Assembly (NCBI RefSeq): GCF_020745735.1
Contig: NW_026867487.1
Location: 4,295,239 to 4,359,238 of the forward strand
Direction: 5' to 3'
From: Hemiscyllium ocellatum
Taxonomy: Eukaryota
Length of the DNA: 64,000 nucleotides
This document shows, piece after piece, positions 25,801 to 37,880 of the stretch (position 1 is its first letter; each line of letters begins with the position of its first letter). The notes below the pieces were generated by a model. The model made no database searches. It saw nothing but the letters and a program-made list of their open reading frames with translations, and was not told the origin of the DNA. The translations under genes were made by a program, and so were the position numbers.

Positions 25801-28165
25801 CCACCACCACCATCACCGCACCGCGCAGCAAACAGGACAACCATAGTTGGATGCTGCACAAGGTGAGAAGGAATGCTCGCTCTGCAGGACTTTCTGATAA
25901 CCATGGCATAGTTTGACCTAGACTTGCACTTGAAATGTCAAATGGCTCAGAAGTCAACCTCGACGAAGGCGCATAGAATACTGCGAGGTGATCTTCTGAG
26001 AACGGGGAAGAGGTTTTGTGGCGGCGCTTCGTTGTTGTTCGATTACATGGTGGAAAACGTGACGCTGAGTTGTCCAGACCTCTTTCGATGCTTTGCACCT
26101 GTAACCCACTTGAACAGTAAATAAAGTACGAGTAAGGGTGGAGAATGTGTATAAATTACAGAATAAGAGAAAGTCAGTGATCCCAGTGATCATTCAAATT
26201 ATTATGTCCACACCGATTGTGAAAGCATATTCCATTCCTTCAACCTCACATTTCCATGTCCCATTCATTTTGCCAGTAATAACAGTTTCCTTTGGAGGTT
26301 TTACACTGAACTTTTTATCCCCACACTTCTGACTTTACTCCAAATGGTTAAAACAGTTCTGTCGTGTACCTGCTGGAAAATCATGTTGTTTTAGTTGTAA
26401 CCAACTCACTGCAAAAAAGCCCAAGAGTCAGAGCTTTGAACACATAAAATGTCACTCCACCCCTCTTTTCTAACGAAGAACATAACCTCGTTTTCTTTTG
26501 TCTACTCTGATGAAAGTCCGTCATGTCAAGCGCAATGCTGGCTTATAAATACTCAAAACAACCTGTCCAGACATGTGATTGTAAATCTTTAGAGCACGTC
26601 AGATTTCCAGGCTTCAAGGTCTTGATATTATCACCGCATTATTATAGTTCTTATCATTACATACAAATGAAACTCACTCAAGGTTACTAGGCACCACTGG
26701 GTTTGACCCAGCCCCCCTTGTCACAATGGCTGTTCCCACAACCATCTTACACGCATGGTGCTTTCTCATTTCCCAGTTTTGGAATTGACTGGTAGTTGGT
26801 GTTAATCAATGGCATCCTGGCAGAACAAACTGGAATTCCAAGGTCAATCAGATCACTCCCGTCCTGTGGAGGAAACGTCATTATCCTATGATTACTATCA
26901 CACAATTATAGAAAAGCCCTTTACTTTACTAATGGAGGAATCAAGAATGTTGAAACTGAAGCAAAGTGCCACTGATAATCAAACTTACAATCACTATTTA
27001 CAAGACCAGCGCAATATTAACTGAGCTAAGACACCTGAGATGTGCAAGCTTTTTCCATTTGGACAAGAACGCCGAGCATCTAATAGTCATCTAATGTGAC
27101 AATGCAACAAGTGAACTGCCTGCGGGGAATGCCAATGCCCCAAGTTAAAACCATAAAGTTCGTACAGTGTGGATGCAGACCGTTTCATTTGGTGAGTACA
27201 CATTGGCCCTCTGATGAATATTACATACATATGCAAGCCGAAATCTTATTAATGCAGCCTAGCTGGCATTCACACGCGTGAATTGCGAGCCGAAACGGTT
27301 TAAGGCAAGTGGAGAATGTACAAAATACATGCAGTCACCTGAGTCTGGAATTGAACCGGACATTATGAAGTGGTGCTAACCACAGAGCCGTCGTGGACTC
27401 GAAAATCATGAATATGACAGGAACTGCCGAAGTTTTAGATGTTTACCCCTGCAACCTTTTAGTGTTTCATTTTTATCACATTTTTAGACTCAGAGAAGAG
27501 TTACTCTGTAATCAATTATACGTGCTACTCGCATGCACACGCTTGGGCTGTGAGTAGATACCCTTGCAGGCAGAGGGCGAACGTGCAAACCCCACGCAGA
27601 CAATCACGTTATTACGGAATCGGATTCTGATTCCTAGTGATGGAAACTATTCGGGCTCACCACTGACACATTGTGCACTCCATCGCGTGACGTTATTAGG
27701 GCATGGCTCAATTTTAGAGATTTACCAACGAATCTTCTTACCATTTCATTTTTGACGTTTCACTTCAACCTGGTGAAACAATCACACTGTCATCAATAAT
27801 ACTTACCCCTGGCATGCCAATGCTTGAAGTGCAAACAGAAACTATTTCAGGTAGAGAGCAAAGTGCAAACTCCATGCATACGCTCACATGCGTGCAGAGT
27901 CGAACCTACACCTGTTGTCTTGTAAAGCAGACAGGCTATACACTGAGCGTGAGCTTATCAGGAGATGGTTGTTTTAGAGATATTTATAATCGCCTTTGCA
28001 CTCATTACAAGCAAAATCTTTCACAGACGGCGTGGATCGATGAATAAGGCAACATTTATTGGCAACCTCTTACTGCCCTGGAGAAGGTGTTGGTGAGATG
28101 CCCTCCTGACCGCTGCTGTTTTTGGGATGTTTCAACACCCGGAGTGTTGTGGGGAAAGTGGTTCT

Positions 28166-28400
28166 CAGCAGGTACACGACAGACTGTTTTAATCATTTGG
28201 AGTAAAGCTAGAAGTGAGAGGATAAAAAGATTCAATGGAAAACCTCCAAAGGAAACTGTCATCATTGGCAAAGTGAATGGGCCATGGGAAAGTGAGGTTA
28301 ACAGAAAGGAATTTGATTTCTCAATAGGTGTGCGCATAATAATTTTAATGTTCACTGGGATCACTGGCTTTCTCTAATTCTGTAATTTATGCTCATTCTC
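28166..28400 (-). repeat. Inverted ~235-bp copy of a unit-internal segment (homologous to 26140-26375 and 4212-4446)
   Basis: Reverse complement of gagaatgagcataaattacag...gtcgtgtacctgctg. It replaces ~115 bp that is present in U1-U3. Confidence 0.9.
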
Positions 28401-29279
28401 GTACACAATAAATACCTCGCATTAAAGCAATGAAATTTGATGTCAATAAGTAAATAATGAGACTCCCCAACTAATCAAAACCAAGTTTTGAGCACGTGTT
28501 CACCGAAGGTTTACACCCAATTGTTGTTTTACTTCTACCAGAGGGACAATATCCTTCTTTCTGCCGGAAAAGAATAGACAAGATCATCCATAATCTCCAG
28601 ATGTCGGGGACAGAATGGAAATTGCAGCATGAGAACTTTTCAGTCATTTAATATTAACTTGATCACCATTCCCGAGAACGGGGCAAGGTGGAAGGATTCC
28701 TGCTAACAACTGCTCAACATCAGCAGAGTATGAAGAACAGGCGGATATGCAATTGTTCAGTTTACAAAAACATGAGAGGCTAGAAAAACACGTCAGCTTT
28801 TTTGAACTATCTTCCATCCTATTATCATCAAACTCTAATGTCATTGCAAAGGGTTGCATGAGAAAACAGATACTAAGGCCAATTTAATTCCCAAATTAAT
28901 ATCTTTTCGCATTTTCTACACCTTCCCTTCGTTTGTACTTTCCACAGATTAATATCAGAAACAAAACACTGAATATTACAACAGCTTCATTTGATGATAA
29001 AATACACTTCTCTTCAGAACATTTGTAAAGGATGTGTCAAAATGCTTTGACATGCAAAATACAGAAAATGCAATAAAATTCAACTTGTTTCTCTTAAACA
29101 CGTTCTCCTCTGCTGAAGTTCGTTGTACCTGCAACTCGCTGTGTGACGATTATTGATGGATGCCAGTTACAATCCAAGGCGCATTTCAAATGTAAATTTT
29201 CTGTTCCTTCTAGCATTGACGCCAGTGTTGAAGAAATAACATTGAACTCACTGCCTGTGATCGAGCCAAAATAGGGAAG

Positions 29280-29408
29280 NNNNNNNNNNNNNNNNNNNNN
29301 NNNNNNNNNNNNNNNNNNNNNNNNNNNNNNNNNNNNNNNNNNNNNNNNNNNNNNNNNNNNNNNNNNNNNNNNNNNNNNNNNNNNNNNNNNNNNNNNNNNN
29401 NNNNNNNN
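29280..29408. other. Assembly gap (129 N) over the orthologous (TG)n tract
   Basis: N run; flanks match those of the (TG)n in U1-U3. Confidence 0.97.
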
Positions 29409-29902
29409 TACATGGGCGTCAGAGACTTGCAATTAATTTGCGACATCGGCTGCAGCTGCTGATTCTGCGAAGTCATTGTGTAATATTTCTGCATTTGTCT
29501 GCCAAGAAGGAACAAATCTTACTTGGACAATATGTTCCGACTCACCCCTCTCCTGCCGCCACGGTCAAACTAACGTTAGTATTGCAAATCCATGAGATGT
29601 CTGTGTCTGTGAGTGGAAGGAACTGAGTGGAAAGATGAAAAGGGAAGACATTGGCGACATTGATTTGAAACGTAACAGAAAACAGAATTGCACAGATAGA
29701 TGTTAAACTTTATTCCCACCATACTTACCGCCCGAATTTTCAGACTGATAGAAATCTGAAAATGGAACACTACTTTACTTACTGAGATCTGTTCTTGTTA
29801 CTTCAACAATTTGGTTTGTAATTATTCCTCTGGAGATGAATTGTTTCTGTTCCTCCCTGTGAGACTGCCTTCTCGTGAGCTCTAACGAGAACACTGAGAG
29901 TG

Positions 29903-29941
29903 GGTTTTTGACGTGCTCTGCTATCTGTCTGCGCCAGTGTG
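29903..29941 (-). other. 23-bp-spacer RSS
   Basis: CACACTG / 23 nt / TCAAAAACC. Confidence 0.95.
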
Positions 29942-30408
29942 AGCTTCATGGCACACAAATACACAGCAGAGTCCGTGTTGAAGGCATTGTTGATCGTTAA
30001 CTCGGTAATCTTCGCAGTTTTATCAAATGTCAAAGAAAAACGATCAGAGAAGTCAGGATTCCTGTTTACCATTCCAGCTGTAAGCATGTAAACGACGTAT
30101 TGTGGAGGTTGCCCTGGGGGCTGACTGTACCAGTAAACATAAGGATTAGTAGCACTTGTCTTCAAATTGCAGGTGATTGTGACATTATTTCCTTCCTCAA
30201 CCGTCATTTCAGGAATTGGCTGCTCCACTGTGTCTTCGTAACTGTATTCTAACAAGGATGATAACATTATTTGAAATCACGATCATTACAGTGATTCGTT
30301 TACCAATTATAAGGTCTGGACTACAAACACTTTAGTCAGGTCTAATGGAAGGGAAGACTTACTGAAAAGTGAGACAATGATGAGGAATCGAGGAAGGCAG
30401 TTCTTCAT
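29942..30408 (-). CDS. Intact TCR alpha/delta-type V segment, family A copy 3 (leader 30408-30363; V exon 30248-29942)
   Basis: MKNCLPRFLIIVSLFK|YSYEDTVEQP...TCNLKTSATNPYVYWYSQ...TDSAVYLCAMK. Splice sites and RSS intact. Confidence 0.93.
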
Positions 30409-31499
30409 GGTTCCCACTGCCTTGTCAATTCTTCAATCCAGGAACTCCTCTGTCGTCGAGCCCCTTTCGAATTTGTTCCAGTCAATCACAAACAGCAAGC
30501 ACTGCAGCAGTCTCTTAAATAACACAGGGCGGAAAGGCGAGCCAGAGTTAAAACAAACGGAAGTTGAAATCAGGACTGTTGCAACACAATTCTGAGTGAA
30601 CTGCCTGCTTCAATTGTGAACAGAAAATATGTGTCACTGCTCAGTTTGCATCCGGAACTGTTTAATGCTGAGAAACCTGTGTCCGCCCTGCCCGTTTTTG
30701 TAACACAGTAACCGAGGAGCACGTAGATGGGGAGGGGATTTTAATATGTCTAAATTCATGGAAATATACCATAAGCGTATGATCAATCGGCCAATGCATC
30801 TGCCCTTTGAAAAGACTACTTAATAAATCCTAATCCTTGCGCCCTTTCCACGTTTTGTTGCTGTGCAAATTTCGTTATTTTTCCAAGTGCACTTACAATC
30901 CCACATAGAAAATTCCAAGAGCATCCAATACTACCATCTTCTCACTGCAGAATTAATCGATAAGAATATGGTTCAGTGCGTAATTTTGACCTTTCTCTTG
31001 ATTTTTTTCCGTCTGTTCCAAAATGCTTTACCTGTGAACACCATACTGAAGATCTATTTTATCAATTCTGTTTGTAATTTTGTGCTTCTGATTGATATTT
31101 CCTTTAATTTTAATCTTGTCTGCTTCCTACTGTTTTTCTCTTTTTACTGAATTCTTCTTTCATTTTACTATTCCTTTTTCCTTTCTCAATTTCTCCCTTT
31201 TCATCAGCATCGCAGATAGTGCCAACAGCAGCTTGGTCATGGACAGCAGAAAACGAGATCTCCTGGTGATCGAGAATCAGTGCTCAGCATAATGCGGCGC
31301 CAGCAATGACAACAAGAAAGAGACAACACAACCTGCAGTCACAGGCTTAACACGAGGTTCAGAATCACAGGTTTGTCTGATGTTTCACGTTATGGCTCGG
31401 TCCTGGAGCCTGCCGGAGTTGACAGGAACATTCTAACACTCCAGCATCAGTAGCGGGCATGGACTGAAAACATCTGTGTGCTCAAAAATATAAGATGAA

Positions 31500-31772
31500 G
31501 TTTAGTTTACTTAGAGTGAGGAAACAGGCCGTTCGGCCAACAAGTCCACACCGACCCTCCGAAGAGCCACCCACCCAGACCCGTTCCCCTCCACTTAAAA
31601 CTACGGGCAAATTAGCATGGCCAATTCACCTCACCTGCACGTTTTCCGACTGTGGGAGGATACCGGAGCACCCGGAGGAAATCCATGCAGTCAATGGAAG
31701 AATGTGAAAGCTCCACACAGATAGTTGCCCTGAGGCGGAAATTGAACCCGGGACTCTGGCGTTGTGAGGCAG
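31500..31772 (-). mobile_element. HE1-like SINE (older copy) within a ~1-kb U5-specific insert
   Basis: Reverse complement of the 5465-5767 element (ggaaacaggcc...gttgtgaggcagc). Confidence 0.85.
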
Positions 31773-33994
31773 CTTTGAAGCTCTCCATTTCTGACGGCAT
31801 GTTTACGATTTCAGGGATGCATCAGCACTCTTCCAAGAGATGGCAGGAATGATTTGGAAATTTTCTTTCCTTTTGACGCTGTTTCTTTCATTTCTGGTTT
31901 TGATGTGAATTATGTCTTGGTGTCAGGAATGGGTACTCCTTACGCTTTTCACTGTTTTCCTGTTTTTATGAAACAGAGTACACGTGATAATAAAATCTGA
32001 TGCCAACTAAAATTTATTTCTAAATTCTAACCTTACCTTGATATGTGGAAAGTGATCTTATTTTGTCGAAACCCCATAGAATGATATCTCTTACTTTTCT
32101 TGTTTCCTCAAAACTTAAGCCACGATTCCACGTACGCTCTTGACTAAAAGCAAAATCCATTCTCCGTTTTCATTTCTGCCAATCCTAGTTTTACTTTTAT
32201 CTCTTTACTATCCTCTGCATGTCTCCAGTTTTCTGTCTTTCGACCGATTATCAAATCTATCAGTCTGATTCGGAGTTTGAGGTCATCATCGCTTGTTTGT
32301 GAATTCACTCCATCCAGTTCTCAACAGAAAATAGTTTTTGACTGTTTCAATCACAATTACACAGAAAACGATTTGTTGAAAATTTCTCATATTTATTGAG
32401 TTTGTGAAGAAGCAGTAGTTTAGAGTCAATGCACCAGTAAATTATGTAAAGAAAATATTTGTCAGTGACATTTGGGCTGATTTAACAATACCAGAGGACA
32501 CAATAGCCTATCTTTGAGGAATGTTTCAGCCTCTTTATAATGGTGGACATTACCCCCATCCCCCTCCCAATCATGTTATCTATCTATAGTTTTAAAGAAA
32601 TATTCCCTTGGTCTTCGTCCTTTCCTTTGGTCAGTTCACCCATCTGGTGACGTCTGCTTGATGAAGACTGCTTTCTCCTCTGCTTTGCGTCTATTCTTGA
32701 TCCCTGCAATGGTCCTTCTGCATGAACGTGACCTTGCCCGCTCTTGCACCTTTTCATTGCTGATGTGGTTTCTTTAAATTTCTTGGCCACACAGTGGACA
32801 CTCGAGTGCGGAATGAGTGTAGCCTATAATACCTCTCTAAGCGTCTTTAATCCTGAATGTCTCCCCTCTCTGAGCCTGGAACTTGGTTTAAACATATTTC
32901 GAGGAGAATATTAATTCTCTGTGTGCACATGAATTATCTAACGCTTGTTTTCAATGTGTTTGGGGCAGGCACTAACGACATCAGGTAATCATGATCCCAG
33001 AATCTGATTTATGTTAGTGTTCGCGCAACATGTTTTTGAAGCTTGACATTAAAACACAACTTAAAGATAATAGTGTGCATTTGGTGCCAGATGAATTGTT
33101 GATGCTGATGTCGTGCAAAGTGATGGAACTGTTCATTGTAATTTCCCTGCTTGTTTTCATATGAAACAGTTCTTTATGATTAAGCACACCTGTTCAATAC
33201 AATCTCATGCTGAACAGTAAATGTCAAGAAAGTTCAGTTTTCTTTAGAAAATCTTCAAGACAGGGTTTCGTTCCAGACCAGAAATCAGAGCCTCACTGAT
33301 TTCTCTCAAAGTGCAACCTCTTAAGTATTTCCCATCGTCTTCAGTGTGTTTGTGGTTGCATTTACCTGTTTCAGATGTCTTCGTAATTGCCGACAGGTGG
33401 CAATGTTTGTTCACTTATGCAATATCACCATCATCCTTCTGCAAAAAGACAAGTTTGAAAATTTATGAATGGACCTCAAGGAAATGCACACCAGTCGACC
33501 AGTTAGCTTTGACTTAACTTTCTCCTATTCCAGGCTTGATGAAGACGGTGATCACTGTCTCTGTTTCTGGACTTCAGACAGAAACCGACGGTGGACGAGG
33601 CGGTGGGGGTGGGGGGAGCGGGGGAACATGGTGAATCTCTGTAAGACTCTGGTTATTGCTTTGGCGACAGGAATTTGAATCTGCTTTCTAAGTTCCCAAG
33701 TCATCTCACTGTAAATCATTCACACCCCTGAATGATCAGTTTCGTTGTGTTTCCCATTCGTATACGCTGTGCCTGCTGTTGATTTTGAGGGATGAGTAAC
33801 AGGCATTCAGTATCTTGGTCAGAATAAGAAGTAGCGTTAAATGGTGTTGATTCAGCAATACTGATTTTCTATCTCATGCACCTAGAGACTATGACTTGGA
33901 CATTACGGCAACCTACATCAAGCTCCTCAGTTTCTGCTCAGAATCCAAAATTGTGGTGCAAACGAGATGGTTCCCAGATTGGAATACAGTAAGG

Positions 33995-35420
33995 ATTGGA
34001 CCAATGTGACTGACATCAGTGTTAATTAAGTTCTTGGAGAGATTCTGGAGAACACGAGTAGCGAGGTTTGAGAAGATTTGTAGCTCAAGTTGAGTTTCTG
34101 GATGTAGGTCTGCTCGCTGAGCTGGAAGGTTCATTTTCAGATGTTTTGTCACCATGCTATGCAACATCTTTAGTAAGCCTCCGGATGAAGAACAGATTTT
34201 CCATTTACTTGGAATGGAAGAACTGATCACGGATAATCAACATGGCTGTGCGTGAGAAATCGAGCCTCACTAACTGGATTATCTTTTTTTATGATGTGAC
34301 AAAGAAGATTGATGATGTCTGTAATATAGATCTTGGCTATCCGGACGTCAGCAAGGCTTTTAACAGGGTTTCACATGTTGGACTGGTGAGGAAGTTTTAA
34401 TAATGGGATGCAGGCGCATCCAACAAATTGGATGCAAAACTGGACTGAATGGCAGAGGCAGAGGATGGTGGTAAAGGATTGCATTTCGGACTGGAGACCC
34501 GTGATCAGTTGTGTGTTATGTCCACTGCGTTTTTTCATTCACATAACGTTTTTGCATGTGATAATAAGAGGTATGCTTAGTAAGATTACAAAAGCCAGCA
34601 AAGCAGTTGCTGCAAAGGACAAATGAGGATTGTTATCTCAGAGTATAACTAGGCTTTGATCAGATGGACAAAAGCTGAATGGTTGCAAATAGAACCTAAT
34701 TTGCATAAATACAAGGTTCTGCATCTTAGTAAAAAAAATCAGTAATTTATTAGTAGTTTGGCCTGCGAATTCTTGCTGAACAAAGAGACAGGAGGCGGAG
34801 AGCAGGTGCATAATTCATTGAAAGTGGAGTCACAGGAATACAGACACGTGAAGAAGGAAACTGACACGTTTCCCATCATTGGTCAAAAGTTGGGCCGCCA
34901 TTTTCCCACTGGAAAGACCTGTCTAGGTTAGGTGGAGAATACTACACACAATTCTGGTCGCCTTCCAATAGTAATGATATTGTTAAACTGGAAAGGGTAT
35001 AGAAAAGATTCGCAATGACTTTGCAGTGATTGGAAGATTTGAGCGATCAGAAGAAACTGAATACAGGGTGATTTTTTTCCCTGCAACGTTGGAGGCTGAG
35101 GAGTGACCTTACAAAGGCTGAGACAATTGTAAGGGGCATGGATAGGGTAAAAGCCAAAGAGTTCAAAACGAGAGTGCATAAGTTTAACGTCAGAGGGGAA
35201 AATCAAAACGGACCATCGGGCATTTACACATGTGGAGAATCGTGTACTGAGCAAGGTGCTAGTCGCGGAGGTGAGGACAAATTCAACATGTGAAAGACAT
35301 TTTGATGAGTACATAAATAACAAGAGTTTAGAGGGTTGTGATCCAAATGGCAAGTGGCACTAGATTCTGTCAGAACATCTGGCAAGTGCATATGAGTTGG
35401 ACCAAATCATCCACTTCGAA
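33995..35420 (+). mobile_element. Degenerate CR1 LINE ORF2 3' portion (RT to 3' end) with nested PLE fragment ~34063-34185
   Basis: Decayed ...QNW.EG.RQR.VV..C.SDWRPV.S... and a CR1-type 3' region. Confidence 0.75.
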
Positions 35421-35489
35421 CCTGTGTGATTCGATGACTCCATATGCAATTGTTTCTCACGTGCACAAATTTTGGCTATAGCACAATTT

Positions 35490-37880
35490 CGAATCATAAA
35501 TCATAGAGAAATGTAGCATGGAAACAGGCCCTTCATTTCAAAGCGTCCATGCCATACAGGTATCATAAACAAAGCTCGTCCCATTTGCTAGCGTTTCCAC
35601 ACATCCCTCTAAACCCTTTCTATTCATGCACCCATCCAGATACCTTTCAAATGTTGCAATTGCACGAGTCTCAACGACTTCCTCTGGCAGCCTATTCCGT
35701 GAACGCACCACCTACTGTAAGAAAACGTTGCCCCTGACGTTCCTTGTTAAATCTTGCATGCCTTATCATAAGCCTTTTCCCAAAATTTAGAAAAAGAAAT
35801 TGTCTATTCACTCTATCGCAATTTTATAAGCTTTTCAGCCTCCAACGCTCCAGGGAAAATAGCCCAACCTATTTAGGCTCTTGCTGTAACTCAAACACTC
35901 CAAACCTGGTCGTATCCTTGCAAATCATTTCAAAACTGTTTTAAATTTCACAACATCCTTCCTATGGCAAGAAGACCAGAATTGCATGCAGTATTCCAAA
36001 AGTGGCATAACCACTGTCCTGTACAGGAGCAACATGGACTCCCAATTCCTCTACTCCGTGCACTGACCACTAAAGGTAAGCAGAACAAACTCCTTGTTCA
36101 CTATCCTTTCGGCCTAGGATTCCACTTTCAAAGAACTATGAGCTTTCATTAATATCTCTTTGTTCAGCAACCCTCCCCAGCACTTATTATTATGTGTTTC
36201 AGTCCTGCCCTGATTTACCTTTCCAAATTGCAGAAACTCACATTATCTAAACTAACTTCCATCGTTCACACATTGGCCCGTGATCCCACGTGATCAAGAT
36301 CCTGTTGTCTGAGGTCATTTTCTTCCCTATCCCCTCATAGTCAATTTTGGTGTCATCTGCAAACCTACAAACCATACCTACTACGTTCACACCTAAGCCA
36401 TTCTTATACATGCCACAAAACAGTGGACACAGCACCGATGGTCACAGACTTCCTAAAAAGGAACCCTTCAACATGCTTTGTCTTCTGTCCTTCAGCCAGT
36501 TCCGTATGCGAATGGTTAGGTTTTTTTCGGCATTCCATGTGATCTAATTTCGCTAACAAGTCTACGAAGAGGAATATTGTCGAAATCCTTATTAAAGTTC
36601 ACATAGATCACATACACCGTTCTACCCTCATCTTTTTCAAAAGCTTGATCAAGTTTATGACACACGATTTCCCATGCACAAAGCTACTTGACTTATTCTA
36701 AGCAGTCCTTCGTTTTCCAAATACATCAGAATCCTGTTCTTCAGGATTCCCTCCAACAACTTGTACAACAGTTACGTCAGTCTCAGCAGTTTATATTTGA
36801 CTGGCCTTTCCTTAAAAGCTTTCTTAAATAGTGGCAATACATTTGCTCAACTCCAGTCTCTGGCACCTCACCCACGACAATTGATAACATAAACATCTCA
36901 GCAAGATGCCCAGCAAACACTTCACGGTTTCCTACAAAAGTCTAGTGCACATTTGATCATGTTCTGGGGATTTTTCCATCTTTTTACGTTTTAAACTTAT
37001 AGCACCTCCTCCTGTGTAGTGTGGACATTTTGAGGAAGTCACTAGTTATTTCTTCACGTTCTCTATCTTCCCTAAACTGTTCCACAGTAAACACTGATAG
37101 AAAATACTCACTTAGTATCTCCAAGATATCCTATGTTTCCACACAAAAGCAGATTTATTTCATTTTTACTTGACTTGGTTCTCTCCTTTGGTACTCTTTT
37201 GACCTTTATGTATTTGTAGAGTTACTTTAGATTCCCATTAACCCTCTTTTGTTCCTGCCTGCTCTTACTGTTTCCATTGCTTCCTTTTGCAAGTATACCA
37301 GACCAAACTGTGGTCACTATCTCCCAAGTTCTTCCCCCGCCCCACACAGCTAGCTGCCCCAGTAGATTAAATCCTCCATCACAGCTCAGGTAAATCTTCC
37401 CACCAGTAAATTGCTCCCCCATGCAATTTACGTGCAATCCGTCCTTGAACAGACCACGTCTTCCCCAGAACAGAATCTCATGATACAAGCCTTCATTTGC
37501 CCTGTCCTCGTATCCTACCCTCACTCGCTCGTGACTTTTGTAGTAATTCAGATATTATTATCCTCGAGACCTGCATTTAAGTCCTCTCTAACTTCCTATA
37601 TTCTTTCATCAGTATCTCGTGCTTCTCTCTTCCTATATTATTAGTTCCAATGTGTACAATGATATCCTGCTGGACCCTCTCCCCCTTGAGCTATTCGGTA
37701 CTCTGTCCAAAACATCCTTCATCCTAGCACCAAGGAGGCAACATAAGATTCTAATGTCTGGTGGATCGCCGCCGAGACGTCGGTCTGTGCCTCTGACTAG
37801 AGAGTCCCCTACCACAATCAATCACTCAGAACCTGACGTGTTCCTCGTTAAAGTCAAGTCGGTCTTGGTATCATAAACTT
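35490..37880 (-). mobile_element. Degenerate CR1 LINE with ORF1 SGNH-esterase remnant (~37220-37830) and ORF2 remnants; tail-to-tail with the previous element
   Basis: ORF 37633-37821 IVVGDSLVRGTDRRL..RILCCLLGARMKDV and ORF 37222-37524 ...LFWGRRGLFKDGLH match CR1 ORF1 esterase blocks. An RPV...GKLLEGIL-like segment lies at ~36710-36810. Confidence 0.8.

Larger units (their letters stand above)
1..34300. repeat. Tandem array of ~8-kb units, each built around one family-A TCR V gene (approx. U1 121-8386, U2 8387-15817, U3 15918-22030, U4 22031-30237, partial U5 30238-34300; array continues left of the window)
   Basis: The same leader, promoter and flanking blocks recur at 247, 8512, 22156 and 30363. 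Spacings are 8265, 13644 (two units plus gap) and 8207 bp. Noncoding identity is roughly 85-92% by eye. Confidence 0.95.

Noticed and set aside
3702-25904. ORFs with VCVCVC or THTHTH runs (e.g. 3702-3931, 11975-12500, 15180-15667, 17590-17928, 25490-26098)
   Set aside because: These are translations of (CA)n/(TG)n microsatellites, not genes.
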